This document shows positions 1-12,341 of a stretch of DNA of 64,000 nt, one piece after another. The position numbers and the translations under genes are program-made. The stretch lies in contig NC_068983.1 in assembly GCF_001194135.2 (NCBI RefSeq), forward strand, positions 60,638,386 through 60,702,385. The letters are read 5' to 3'. A model generated the notes under the pieces. The model did not search any database, was not told where the DNA came from, and was given only the letters and a program-made list of their open reading frames with translations. This DNA comes from Octopus bimaculoides. Taxonomy: Eukaryota. Each line of letters opens with the position of its first letter. Positions within the stretch are counted from its first letter, which is position 1.

Positions 1-270
1 GACTGAGGACTGGTGGACCAGGTGGCTACAGCAGCCTCCAATCTGATTTGGTAGAGTTTCTACAGCTGGATGCCCTTCCTAACACCAACCACTCCAAGAG
101 TGTATAGTGGGTGCTTTTATGTGCCACCAGCACGAAGGCCAGTCAGGCGGTACTGGCAACGGCCATGCTCGAAATGGTGCTATTTACGTGCCACCGGCAC
201 GGAAGCCAGACAGCTGCTCTAGCAACGATCATGCTCGGACGGTGCTCTTAGTGCTCCACTGGTACAGGTG
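1..270 (-). repeat. RTE-tailed SINE-like repeat (dominant family; representative copy)
   Basis: Motif ...ttaggaagggcatccagctgtagaaac...caacccatgccagcatggaaa...(GAT)n recurs in both orientations, e.g. ~1040-1226, 13530-13805, 27411-27662, 29875-30015, 32990-33425, 44180-44490, 51705-51920, 52420-52620, 60390-60700, 63250-63475. Confidence 0.8.
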
Positions 271-404
271 CCATCACGATTTCGCTTTGGATATATTAAT
301 TTCATCACTCTGTTACAAAACACACAACATTGTGTAGTTCGCACTAGAAATTGACAATGATTGAGAATATTTACTTGAGTCTCTCCTGTCCATCGTCTTT
401 CCCT

Positions 405-560
405 ATGGGTCGGCTGAAAAGTATATAGGCTGACCAAGATGCTCCCACAGAATGTAACCAAATGAGGCTTATTTTTCAACATAATCCCTCTTGCGATCCA
501 CACACTTCTTCCATCGGTGTTGCCATGCTTGGATCCCATCGGTGAAGAGGCTTTCATCAT
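405..560 (-). mobile_element. Mariner transposase C-terminal remnant with 3' end
   Basis: Translates DESLFTDGIQAWQHRWKKCVDRKRDYVEK*, the typical mariner C-terminus. Confidence 0.7.
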
Positions 561-629
561 GTTGGTCAGCTGCTACAAGGGTAAGTGAAATAATACCTTA
601 GAAAGAAGTAATTATGGAAGATCTACTTC

Positions 630-1020
630 CTGGACCAGGTGATGAAAGTTATAGAGAAAAAGAATTAGGCTACATGGGGAAGCTAGGGATAGGCCATAAT
701 AGAGGAATTTAGGACAGGATGCTCATGGGAACTATTACATGAATCTGTAACAGAACTAGAAAAGGAATTCCAAGTGTGGAAGCAAAACCTGGATTCAAAG
801 GGCCTTAAAATAAACTTAGCAGAGACCAAGGTAAATGGTCCTGTTCCATATGTAGAAAAGATGTAGATAATTTGTTAGCTAGGGGCCCTAATTCACAGTC
901 TCCAACTGGGTTATCCTTATATCTTTTCCATAGTAACATACCTATCTCTATTATTCTTTTTAACCTCTCCTCAATTGTCACAAAACCACCTTCCCCCAGT
1001 GAAAGAGACTTTGTTTTGTC
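630..1020 (+). mobile_element. Degenerate RTE LINE fragment
   Basis: WKQNLDSKGLKINLAETK-like RT thumb motif. Confidence 0.55.
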
Positions 1021-1591
1021 TTGCAAGTTACTTCATGATCCTGCCAGTGCTATGAAAAAAAGCACCCAGTGCACTCTGTAAAGTGGTTGGTGTTAAGAAG
1101 GGCATCCAGTTGTAGAAAACATGCCAAAACAGACAATAGAGCTTGGCACAGATCCCTGGCTTGCTAGCTTTTGTCAAACCCATGCCAGCATGAAAGACAA
1201 AGTGCTAAGTGATGATGATGATGATTTATCATGCCGGACTTCATATAGGAATGCAAAATTTTCCAAATAACATACAAAATAGCTCAGGAATGAATGTAAA
1301 GTAGGAACTAAATAATAATAATAATTGATTCTGGTTTTATTGGCCACAAGGGCTGATACAAATTAAAAACATATAAGGACAAAGACAGGACGAAGGTTAC
1401 AAAGGGTTTTGTCCGAAAAGAAAAATGTTCGTGTAAACAATGGAAAAACAGAGAAAGATATAACAAATAAAACTCCCAAAAAGGGGAGGTGCTTCGAAAG
1501 GTTACACATGGAAAAACCCATAAAAGCCACGGGAGCCTGGTCAGTAAATAAAAAGGGGTATAGAGCTCCTTCTCCTTTTATATTACCTTTT

Positions 1592-3667
1592 TTACAGGTG
1601 TATCCTCAGAATTAGTCCGTTCATACTGGCCATTCTTCCAACAGTTACCCATCTTTCAAGAAATTTGCTATGAGACAGCACTTCCCCCTCTACTCTCATC
1701 TTCCTTTTCAAGTGGAACTTGAAAAAGTTGATGAGGCCTTGGCCAAAGAGGAAAGTGTCTGACTTTAGCCCTTTCAAACAGGTCCACCATACCACCTCTT
1801 TCGCTACAGCCACTAGACATAGGAAAATTGCCTTGCCCTCCCGGTTAAAGGAGGTTGGCGGGTCAATCTTCACGATGGATTCAGCTGATAACCAGATCCG
1901 TCCCACGTGACAGTAGTTGTTTGACATAAACCCACAGGTCAGCAATACTTGGGCACTGGACGAGTGCATGCAGAACGGTTTCGTCGTCCTGAGCACGCAC
2001 CTTGGGCAGGCCCAACAGACAGCACTTCCGTGCCGGTAGAGTTTATCTCGAACAGGCAGCGCCCCTCGGTAGCACTGCCAGGCAAAGGACATTTGGAAGT
2101 TATCCATGGGCCTCGGCCTGAAAGTTCTTCCGTAACTGATTATCTTCGACACCTAGAGTTTCCCCAAGAACGTCGTCGCACTTTTCCTCCACTAACCCTC
2201 TATAGAATGCTAGAGTGGAGCTACTACCGATCGCATTGCCCACCTGACTGAGGGCGGTAAGAGCTTGGCGGCACTCGAGGTACCAAGTGCCTTTTCTTGG
2301 TCTGCGTTTGATCCAGGATTGCAGCTCTGTTAAAGAAACGAGCTGCAGAAAATCGTGTCTGACGAACGGCGACCACATCTGTTCAACGTCCAGGAAACGC
2401 TTGAGATGTCGTAACCTGAGCGCATGTTTGTGCATCAGCAACCACGGCATGCCAAGGCCTCCGTTAAGTGGCTGTTGACAGCAGATGGAGCGCCTGACCA
2501 GTGGTACCTGACCCTTCCACAAAAAGTCAAAGCAAACGTACCAGCATGGCCAACCAGTGGTCGGGACAAGTGATGACGGTCAAGCGGTAATAGATGACGG
2601 ATGCGATGTACGCATTCGCCACCTCCGCTCGACCTTTCAGGGACAGCTTCCTCTCGGACCATTTCTGGGTGAGATTGGGCACCCTGCTTGTCACTTCTTC
2701 CCAGTTTTTCTCCACCTGGAGGTCCGGACTGAACCAGATCGTGAGCAGTTTAACAGGTCCATCTGTTCAGCGCCCTACGACGCTGTTGGACGGCATGGAC
2801 TTGCCCCTCCATGTGCCCAGTTGCAAGCCCACTGACTTTTCCACGTTAATTTTCGCACCTGTCACCGCTTCATACTCGTTTAGTGTCTCGCCAATCAGGT
2901 CAATATGACTGTGGCTCGACACCATCACGGTAATGTCGTCGGCATAGGCAGACACGCACTTTCCACATCCTATATCATGCGCCTTGTTTAGTTTCTTAAC
3001 TAAATCCCGCTCTGTTTTCTTACGTTCTACAGCTAGAGCCTTACTAAGCCTAATCGATTCTGCTCTAATTGCCCGCTTCAGGGCGAACCACCAGTTGTTA
3101 TTGATGATTGCCCCGGTTAACGCCCTCTTAATTAATAAATTAATCCGGTCTCTAGGCTTTGCACACCGTTAACGACGTGTTTAGCTTCCAGTAACCAGGA
3201 CCTTGTCTATGGAGCCTATCTAAGTCGACCATACAGATCAAGAATTTGTGGTCCGTGTAGCCGACTATGTTGAATTGTGGACACCCTATGCTATCCTTAT
3301 CCACTGGCCTACAGAAAACTCTATCTAAGTACGATCTAGACGACCCGATGCGATTAGTCCAAGTCCACATTGGCACATTCGGGTTGTCTAGTCGATACCT
3401 GTCGGACAGCTGAAAGTGTCCGAGCAGGTTGGCGAGGCTCTTGTACCCCCCTCTCCTATCAGATACACCCGTGTCCACCCTATCGATACATTCGTCTAAG
3501 ACAGCGTTCCAATCCGCAACTAGCACTAAAGTGCGAGAAGTACCCAGGAAAACCTCCAGACGTTTGAAATAATCCAACTGCCCTGCTCCTGTCAGAGTGT
3601 AGGCAGCGCTGTCACTACTATCGACGTCTGGGACCACCAACTTTTCTGGATCCAGGAAGACTGCCTT
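1592..3667 (-). pseudogene. Tx1 ORF2 (APE endonuclease-RT), multiple frameshifts, N-terminal RT deleted
   Basis: Linker ...KKLNKAH abuts DIGCGKCVSAYADD directly, so the RT motifs upstream of YADD are missing. Confidence 0.82.
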
Positions 3668-4180
3668 NNNNNNNNNNNNNNNNNNNNNNNNNNNNNNNNN
3701 NNNNNNNNNNNNNNNNNNNNNNNNNNNNNNNNNNNNNNNNNNNNNNNNNNNNNNNNNNNNNNNNNNNNNNNNNNNNNNNNNNNNNNNNNNNNNNNNNNNN
3801 NNNNNNNNNNNNNNNNNNNNNNNNNNNNNNNNNNNNNNNNNNNNNNNNNNNNNNNNNNNNNNNNNNNNNNNNNNNNNNNNNNNNNNNNNNNNNNNNNNNN
3901 NNNNNNNNNNNNNNNNNNNNNNNNNNNNNNNNNNNNNNNNNNNNNNNNNNNNNNNNNNNNNNNNNNNNNNNNNNNNNNNNNNNNNNNNNNNNNNNNNNNN
4001 NNNNNNNNNNNNNNNNNNNNNNNNNNNNNNNNNNNNNNNNNNNNNNNNNNNNNNNNNNNNNNNNNNNNNNNNNNNNNNNNNNNNNNNNNNNNNNNNNNNN
4101 NNNNNNNNNNNNNNNNNNNNNNNNNNNNNNNNNNNNNNNNNNNNNNNNNNNNNNNNNNNNNNNNNNNNNNNNNNNNNNNN
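3668..4180. other. Assembly gap (N run); others at 7431-7891, 28299-28308, 36322-36464, 55610-55649
   Basis: N characters. Confidence 1.
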
Positions 4181-4612
4181 CTTCTGTGTGGCTATTTCCA
4201 CTAGATTTTGGGAGAAACTTCTCCCTGGCGACCCAACATCATTCGGAAACTTTTCTTTTATTTTATTATAGTTTTCTTGGGTTATTTTTAGTGTGAGTAT
4301 GTGTGCTGGTGGTGCGTTGTATAAGGGTATAATGAAGTTTGTGGTATTTGCATTTGTACTGTTTTTTTAAAGTTTACTAGATGTTCATTTTTGGTGTTAA
4401 TAGCTGTTACATTTGTGGTGTGTGTGTGTGTTGGTGTTTGCGGTGGAGAAGGTGTTGCTATTTGTTGTGAGTGTGTGTTGTTGTTGTTGCTGATGATGTT
4501 GGGAAGCTCACCTTTTTCACCACCCCCACCTTTGTCAATTGTTTCTTTTGTCTACTTTCTCCTTTTTTCTTTGGTGGCACAGTGTGCCACTCTCCTTTCT
4601 CACTATCAGTAG

Positions 4613-5832
4613 TCACACAATCCGAGCTGATCTGATCTGGAAAGGGAATGTTTGTAGGGGCTGGCGATAATTCTTTCGCAATTTCTGTTGTTGTTGTTGC
4701 TGGTTCTGTTGTTGTTTTCTTTTTTTGGTGTGGAGGTCCTTGGTGTTGGTGTTGGTGGTGTGGAGCCTTTTGGTTGTTGTTTCTGTTGTACCTCCTGTTG
4801 TTGTTGCTGCTGCAATTTTCTTTTTTTTTTCCGCCTCCAATCTCTGTTTGTAGATGGGGCAGTCTTTTTTAAGGTGTTGGTTGCTGCTGCAGAGGTAGCA
4901 CTTTGGCCTTCGCCCCTTTACAGCAACGTGAATTCTGGTGCCATCCGGCAAGTTTATTGAGTTGGGTATGGCATTTATGGTATCTTGTTCAATTTGAACA
5001 AGGAGCTGCATGCCCATACCCGACTGGTTTTCTTGTGCACCTCCAGAATGGTGGCAGTCTCTTCAATGTCAAAGAGCACAGCTGCCACTAGCCAGGAGAT
5101 GTTCAGTTCTGGCGGCACTTGATCTAGTTTTATTTTTGTCACGCGCCGACCAAGGTATGTCAGCACGAGCAATAAATCGTCCGCCTTCAGCGATGTTGTG
5201 GAGTGCCGGATGGCATCCTCTTCCATTGGGAAGCGCACTTCCACTGTTCCAAAGCGCTTCCCTTTAGTTACGAAATTTTTCTGGACCCATATGAGCTTTA
5301 GAGCTATCTTCAATCTCTGTGGGGTAGCACTCTCCATCTTTTGATATCTTGTGTTGAACACCTTGTATACTATTGTCCTTCTGTTTGTTGCTTGTATTAA
5401 TGCTTGTGGAGTGTTAAGAAAGACATTATTTCCGTCTTTTCTTAACAACTCCTTAGCATTCTTTATTTCTGCCATTGTAACTTGGATTTCTTCCGAGCTC
5501 TGCTTAGCTGCTGAAGCGAAACCGTTACAATGGCTACTGGTCTTGGTGTTGCTGGTGTTGTTTTCTTTGTTCTTCAATGTTGTGTTCTTTTCTACCTCCT
5601 TCTCCGGTGTAGGAGCAATGGTGGAGGTAAGAGCTGGGAAGTGCACATCTAAAAGTCGGTTGAACAGGTTGGAAACAGGAACGCTGCACGTGGCAGAACG
5701 TTCCTCAGCATTTGACTCTTTGCCTTTTATGGCGTCAGATGGGCAGGATTGTGTGCGACTAGACATGTCATTCTTTTTCGGAGGGTGTAATGAAGAAAGA
5801 AGAGAACAGCTGGCTGCTCTCTTCAAAGACAT
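4613..5832 (-). pseudogene. Tx1 ORF1 (gag-like, zinc knuckle), frameshifted near 5000
   Basis: Overlapping ORFs 5832-4975 and 5017-4613. Confidence 0.8.
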
Positions 5833-6139
5833 TTTTTCAAAATTGATATTTGTTAAAATGGAAATTTTAAAATGTTCAAATGAAAATTTCGCCCCTAAAT
5901 GGGGGAAATTTTGCCTAACCGACTAGCTCCACAAGAACCTAGTTGGCTTGGCTACACAAATATATAAAAATTAAAACAGGTTACAAACGATTTTCATGCA
6001 AAAATGACAACAACTTACAGAGCTTCGGGAGACACGTCTGTCCGCTTGAAAGGCAATAATAATAATGAGAATTACAAAATCTTGAGTGATTTTCCCATAT
6101 AGACTGACCAAACTACTGAAGCAAGAAGACTAGATACAA

Positions 6140-6696
6140 TCACAGCCCTCCTGTAACATCTGGCTTTGCAGCCCTCTCATGAAGTTCGGCTTTATGTAGC
6201 TCCCGGCGGACAGTTTTTGTGGAAACTGGTTTCTCAACATCGTCATTAAGCCCTGCAGTAATTTTGGGAGCTGTACTTTTGCGATTCTTTATAACAATTC
6301 GCAGAAAATTCCGACGGCCCTTATCAGAAAGCTTTGCTTTTCTTCCAGAGTTTTGTTTTGATGAGGAGGTTTTTCCCTCTTTCTCAAAGGTTGACATTAC
6401 TTTTGAGACAGTATTTCTTGATACATCAAACATTTCGGCTGTTTTCGTTACGCTAGCGCCTGCCCTACGAGCACCAACAATTTGACCTCTTTGAAAATCC
6501 GACAGATCTGTCATTTTAATGAATTTTAATTACCTTTTTCCGGTGATACCTGAAAAGAAATAGTAATTTTAGCAAAAAAATATTAAGCAACACTAATAAT
6601 AAATAAAAAAACATAAAAATAAACAAGATTTTGACGGTTTTATAGATATTTCAAAATTATGATGCTAGGTGTTTCCATTATTTTGACCAACTCCTG
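6140..6696 (-). mobile_element. Tc1-like DNA transposon, 5' half (TIR + paired/HTH DNA-binding region), truncated before DDE
   Basis: MTDLSDFQRGQIVGARRAGASVTKTA...GRKAKLS...VSTKTVRRELHK; terminus TA|CAGGAGTTGGTCAAAATAATGGAAAC. Confidence 0.88.
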
Positions 6697-8479
6697 TATA
6701 TAGAAATGGGCAACCACATGGCTCCAGGTTCAATCCCACCGCGTGGTACCTTGAGCAAGTATCTTCTATAGCGCAATTTTTCCTTCATATTTGTTCCCAG
6801 CAAGTTGTTTTACACCTATTAGACTATTAAAAAAAAAAAATTTGTCACCGGGTCAAACACTATAATTCAGAGGCCATGGATTGACGATATGTGACGATGT
6901 GAATGTTCCGAGCCCTCTCCCCACCCTGCCTTTCGCGAGCGCACGTCTTTTTCTTCATATTCGTTCGCAACAAGTTGTTTTACACCTATTAGAATATTTT
7001 ATTTTTTTATTTCCCACCGGGTCAAACCCTTTAGTTTGACCCGGATTCCTACCCCTTTTATCCGAACCAAAATAAGGGATTTGCAGCATATTAGGAGATC
7101 AGGGTACTTGATTCCACGCAAAAAATCCGAGTTTTTTTTTTCCTTAGTGAAAATCGGACAGGTGAAAGGATCAAAATTTACCCAAACATTTAACAGCGAT
7201 AAAACAATATAAACGAAGGATTTAAATGTGATCGAGAAGAGAAATAAATAAACTTTCCGAGTAAAATGTTTGGCACTATCATGCTATTAGCTGTCAGAAG
7301 TGAAAGTGCTCACTGCTAGTGAAGTATCTGTCTGTCTGCCTGCATGCCTGGATAGTGCCAAATGTTTTCTAAACGAACAAAAAAAAGCGTAAGAAATTGA
7401 CCAAAGAAATTAATTCAAAGTTAAATGAGGNNNNNNNNNNNNNNNNNNNNNNNNNNNNNNNNNNNNNNNNNNNNNNNNNNNNNNNNNNNNNNNNNNNNNN
7501 NNNNNNNNNNNNNNNNNNNNNNNNNNNNNNNNNNNNNNNNNNNNNNNNNNNNNNNNNNNNNNNNNNNNNNNNNNNNNNNNNNNNNNNNNNNNNNNNNNNN
7601 NNNNNNNNNNNNNNNNNNNNNNNNNNNNNNNNNNNNNNNNNNNNNNNNNNNNNNNNNNNNNNNNNNNNNNNNNNNNNNNNNNNNNNNNNNNNNNNNNNNN
7701 NNNNNNNNNNNNNNNNNNNNNNNNNNNNNNNNNNNNNNNNNNNNNNNNNNNNNNNNNNNNNNNNNNNNNNNNNNNNNNNNNNNNNNNNNNNNNNNNNNNN
7801 NNNNNNNNNNNNNNNNNNNNNNNNNNNNNNNNNNNNNNNNNNNNNNNNNNNNNNNNNNNNNNNNNNNNNNNNNNNNNNNNNNNNNNNNNNNATTATAACT
7901 ATAACATGCTAACATTCATTTTGTTATATAATTCAAAATTATATATATGCAAATATCGACTGCATGAAGGAATATTCTTATTTAATAAAAATATACGTTA
8001 TATATTTCCTAGAACCAAAATCTTGTAAATTCCTTACGTTTATAAGGCCTTTATCCAAAATAAGTCCAAAGTGCAACAAATATTCCTTAATTATTGACAA
8101 AATATCTAAATAACGACAGTAATTAAGGATTGTGCCGTAAATGATGATTTAAGACCAAAGGAGTTATCTCCCTTTTTCATTGGCTACTCTTAGGTCAACA
8201 TTCCCAAAGCTTCGAATGGAAAGCCTTCAAACCCAGACTATGTGTTTTGTATGAATGCCATTGCATTATCCGATGTATCTCTTCTTTGTTTAAGATTATA
8301 AACTGTGATTTGGAGGTCATCGTTTTTTCGTTGTTGTTTACTGCCAGGTCATCTCTGATCTGGTTGACTTTTGATCAAAGCAATTCAGCTGTCATTCCTC
8401 CCCGCCATTCTTTTTGGTTTTGAAGACATATCTCTCAGTCTACACAACTCATATGTGTCGCCCCAGTTTTAAAATGATA

Positions 8480-8670
8480 GAGTTCTAGAATAGAAGGGCC
8501 TCAGAGTTAACCTAGCAAAAACCAAAGCCTTAGTAAGTAGGAAAGCAGACAAATCACAAATGCCCTCAGGTAGATGGACATGCTCGATCTATAGAAAAGG
8601 CGTAGGTAGAAATTCCATAAGATGTACCCGGTGCAAGCTATAGACACATAAGAGGTGCAGCAATATCAAA
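8480..8670 (+). mobile_element. RTE LINE fragment (thumb + Cys-rich insert)
   Basis: KGLRVNLAKTKAL...CSIYRKGVGRNSIRCTRC..THKRCS. Confidence 0.65.
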
Positions 8671-8759
8671 GTGTCTTATAAATAGGACAATGAGACAATG
8701 TGATATAGCTTATTTAATGTTCTCATTTAGTGTCCTATTTATAGGACAGTGGGACTTAA

Positions 8760-9060
8760 TGGGTTAATATGAAAAGTATAGAAAAAATAACAAAGTAACA
8801 GGACCTAGTTATTGAATTACAGAGACTATGGAAAGTGTGGGTAAAATGTATCCCAGGAGATATAGGTGCATTGGGAACTATCCCTAAAGATTTGAACAGA
8901 TGGATAAAGGAAATAGGTAGAAAACCCAGTTTAGTACAGCTGCAGAAAACATTCTTATTAAGTACAGCTAGGATACTTAGTGGGGTTCTTGGCATCTAAG
9001 GTTACATGCTGCAACCCAATAGGAGGGTTCTTGGCTTCTAAGGCAACTTGATGATGATGA
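8760..9060 (+). mobile_element. RLE-type (R4/Dong-like) LINE 3' fragment
   Basis: QDLVIELQRLW...GALGTIPK...LQKTFLLSTARILSGVLGI*, then a (GAT)n tail. Confidence 0.75.
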
Positions 9061-9599
9061 TTTAACATGCCAGACTTCATAGCAATGAAGCTATTCATTT
9101 TCCGATGACTAAAGTGAGTTACATTTTATTTCATGGTCATAAAGTAAAAATATTAATTGGATTCTTAATGGGATTCCTCAGAATATGAAACTGTAACAAG
9201 TTTCTTAGAAAATATATTACAACTGTGCAAAGAAATATTTTATGCAAAATAGAAAAGAATCTGAACCTTTGGAAGCAAACTTTTGCTTAAGATTAAATCA
9301 GTTACAAAGAAAATCGAAAGGATATCAGCAGTTGTTGATTTTAGAAAGAAGAGATTGAAAATATATTAAGTGTTGTTTAATAAAATGGAAGGAAAATCAG
9401 CAATTTAGATTTTTTAAAACTTTATTTTGAAAAATAGACAAAGTTGTGTACATTAAGGTGATTATAAAATACATTCATTTTTGGTTATGTATAATGATTT
9501 AATTCTCTAAAAATATAGGAATGCAAAATTTTCCAAATAACATACAAAATAGCTCAGAAATGAATGTAAGTAGGAACTAAATAATAATAATGATAATAA

Positions 9600-10066
9600 T
9601 GAAGATCTTGAGTGATTTTCCCATATAGACTGATCATACTACTGAAGTAAGAAGACCAGATACAATCACAGAGGACAAAATAAACATTGTGTAAGATCAT
9701 AGATTTTTCAATTCCTTAGAGTAAATACCAAAGAAATTGAGAAATATCAGGATTAATCCAAAGAGCTGAGGAGATTGTGGAAGACCAAGACAGCAATTAT
9801 TCCTGTAGTAACCAGGGTTGTGGAGTCGGAGTCGTGGAGGCAAAGTTTTTTGTTTCAACTCCACAGTCCTGGTAGTAACTGGTTGACCTGGTTCAACTCC
9901 CAAAATGCTCTAAAAGATTGAAAAAGATTGGAATTAAAATTCGCATTGCTGAACTGCAGAAAAGTAACATCCTATATTCTGAAAGAATCCTAAGGAAGAT
10001 TCTCGAGATTTGAGGAGACTTGTTCTCACCAAACATCAAGATACAATACCTGCTGACTAAATTAGC

Positions 10067-10100
<34 letters not shown>
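9600..10100 (+). mobile_element. RLE-type (R4/Dong-like) LINE 3' fragment between (AAT)n tracts
   Basis: ILSDFPI*TDH..RRPD...IIDFSIP...EKYQD..KELRRLW...ELQKS..YSERILRKILEI*; its 5' ~80 bp is also present at 6067-6145. Confidence 0.78.
9813..9871. mobile_element. 59-bp hAT-type mini-MITE
   Basis: TIR CAGGGTTGTGGAGT / ACTCCACAGTCCTG; perfect 8-bp TSD GTAGTAAC (9805-9812, 9872-9879). Confidence 0.85.
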
Positions 10101-10102
<2 letters not shown>

Positions 10103-11119
10103 GTCCTTTCTGCTATAGGCACAAGGCCTGAAATGTTGGGGGAAGGGATTAGTTGATGTAATTGATAGTGTTCAACTGGTACTTGTTTCATCGACTCCCA
10201 AAAGGATGACAGGTAAAGTTGACATCAGTAGAATTTGAACTTAGGACATCAAGACAGAGAAAATGCTGCTAAGCACTTTGCCGAGCATGCTAACCATTCT
10301 GCCAGCTTGCCACCTTTAATAATAGAACAAGGCCAACAATTTTTGAGTGGAAGGAGTTTGTTGATAACAAGGACTCCATTACTTGACTGGATTATTATTT
10401 TATTGACCCCAAGAGGATGAAAGGTAAAGATGGCCTCAGCAGGATTCAAACTCAGAATGTAAACCACTGGAACAAACATTTCAAACCTTTTCTTCTAACA
10501 TTCCACTGGTTTTATTGGTAAAGGATCAGCAGTGGTTAAGGTACAATAATTTTCAGAAATTTAAAACCAATTAAAAACCTTTTTCTATCCAACAAACTTA
10601 AAATTCATAATATAATCAAAAAGCACAATTAGACATGTAGCGATGATATCGATACTGAAAGAAGTTTTTTATGAATAACTGCTTTGTTAGCTACTTTTTA
10701 CAAATAACAAATAATTTGATCTATAAACATCTAACTTTAGATTATAAAAGTTTTTAGATTAAAATTTAATCAGAAAAAAAAACAATGGATGATAATATTA
10801 AAAATGTGAATAACACAGCACTTTCAGTTTATAATACAAGGCAACTTGCTGACATCCAAGTCAAATGTTTTCTCAGAATAAGTGTATAAAAAATTTGATG
10901 TAAAAAAATATTGTCCAAAGTTGACAGATACCATCTGTAAGAACATGCCAAACTTGTGATAAAATTTTAAGATGTTAATTAGTCCTTTGGTTAACGGATT
11001 CATAATAAATGCTGAAAAATATAAAACCATTAGAAAAACATTAAAATGAGGCAAAAAAATTATTTAAAAAATAACAGAACTTCATTAAATATATTTATTA
11101 CATAATTTTCTACTTTCAT

Positions 11120-11430
11120 TGTGATCCTTCTCAGGTAAGATGCAAAAGGTTTGCAGTCCAGGCCCTCTGCAAAACTTACAAAATGTTGAGCATGATTAGG
11201 GGCAATAGGTGCAAGGCCATCAAGTTGATAGAGGAGACAGCAGAGACTGCCTCGAAATGATTGCAAATCAGGAAGTGTGAGCCTTGGAAGGAGTAGTGCT
11301 ACTAGGGCACTGCTAACTGGACACTCGTAGCCAGGGCTTGATTAATAATGGGTAAAGGTGTCTGATTGTTGGAAGACCTGAAACACCTAATGACACTCAT
11401 GAAATATCAATAATGATGTGTCCAGGTGCA
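11120..11430 (+). mobile_element. Degenerate RLE-type (HERO/NeSL-like) LINE 3' end
   Basis: PSQVRCKRFAVQAL...AIKLIEETAETASK*LQIRKCEPW resembles the EVGCRGF...AE.ASRWLW..R..W C-terminus. Confidence 0.55.
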
Positions 11431-11754
11431 TCACAGAATGAGGTTTGGAAATACTTGAAGTAGGATTTATGTTTTGATTATTACTATATTTTCATGCTGT
11501 CATTAATTTTGTGAGTCATTAAGGCGGCAAAATGGCAGAGATGTTAGCACGCCGGGCAAAATGCTTAGCAGTATTTCGTCCATTTTTACATTCTGAGTTC
11601 ATCCTTTTGGGGGACAATAAATTAAGTACCAGTTGCGTACTGGGTCGATCTAATTGACTGGCCCCCTCCCACAAAATTTCGGGCCTTATGCCTAGAGTAG
11701 AAATGATTAAGTGAATGTTAAAGGTACTCACAGAATGGGGTACCTTTAGGTTAA

Positions 11755-12341
11755 TAGTGGTTCTTGCCCCCTTTTTCTTTTGTAGTGGCCCTTTTCATTA
11801 TATCAAGCACCCACCTAAGTGGTGAATGAGATATCATGACTAAACTTAACACGGATGATAATTAATATATTTTACTCAAATGGAGATTCCAAGATACAAA
11901 GAAAACAAGCAAGACTGTGTGCCTAAACTGTACTATTCTGCCCAGAAATATAACATTGAAAATTAATTATTCTTGTTCAAGCATGTCTTCAGCCATGATA
12001 TATACTTACCTCTCATTTTATTTTAATTATCATTACTAGCTTTATCGTGTATAATATAATTACTATTAGAGGTAAAATTTACATGCGTGGACAGGATGTC
12101 AAATGCACTTTTGCCAAAGGACAAAAAATTGAACTAACACAATGCCAAAAAGACACAAAGCCGAACAGCATTTTGTCTGTTCAGCTTCATATCCTTTGGC
12201 AAAAGTGCATTCGGCATCTGGTCCATGTACCAAAATTTACTATGTTAATTATGTTACCTCACTGCTCCCTAAAACCAAACTCTCCCTTCAATATGCCCAA
12301 CACCTCGTTGGGGTCAGTACCACCCATGTTGAGAACCTCTG
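11755..12341. mobile_element. hAT-Charlie-type MITE (shorter relative at 49843-50205)
   Basis: Ends TAGTGGTTCTT / GTTGAGAACCTCTG; internal cacc..ctaagtggtga.tgag.tatcatgactaaact shared with the 49843-50205 copy. Confidence 0.7.

Larger units (their letters stand above)
1326..6054 (-). mobile_element. Tx1-clade (L1-like) non-LTR retrotransposon, near full-length ends, internally deleted and frameshifted
   Basis: ORF1 remnants with a CX2CX4HX4C knuckle (CYLCSSNQHLKKDC); APE motifs (ADWNAV, SYLDR, TDHK, GPGYWKLN); RT SAYADD, YLG-type thumb region and C-terminal Cys region. Flanked by (AAT)5 and (AAT)4. Confidence 0.9.

Noticed and set aside
3152-4201. 349-aa ORF, and other X-filled ORFs at 7397-7915, 36248-36620 and 55498-55753
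   Set aside because: Length is an artefact of translating through N-gaps; only the Tx1 endonuclease part is real.
11060-11266. Minus-strand 68-aa ORF looking like a GC-richer exon
   Set aside because: The plus strand encodes a decayed RLE-LINE C-terminus that explains the composition.
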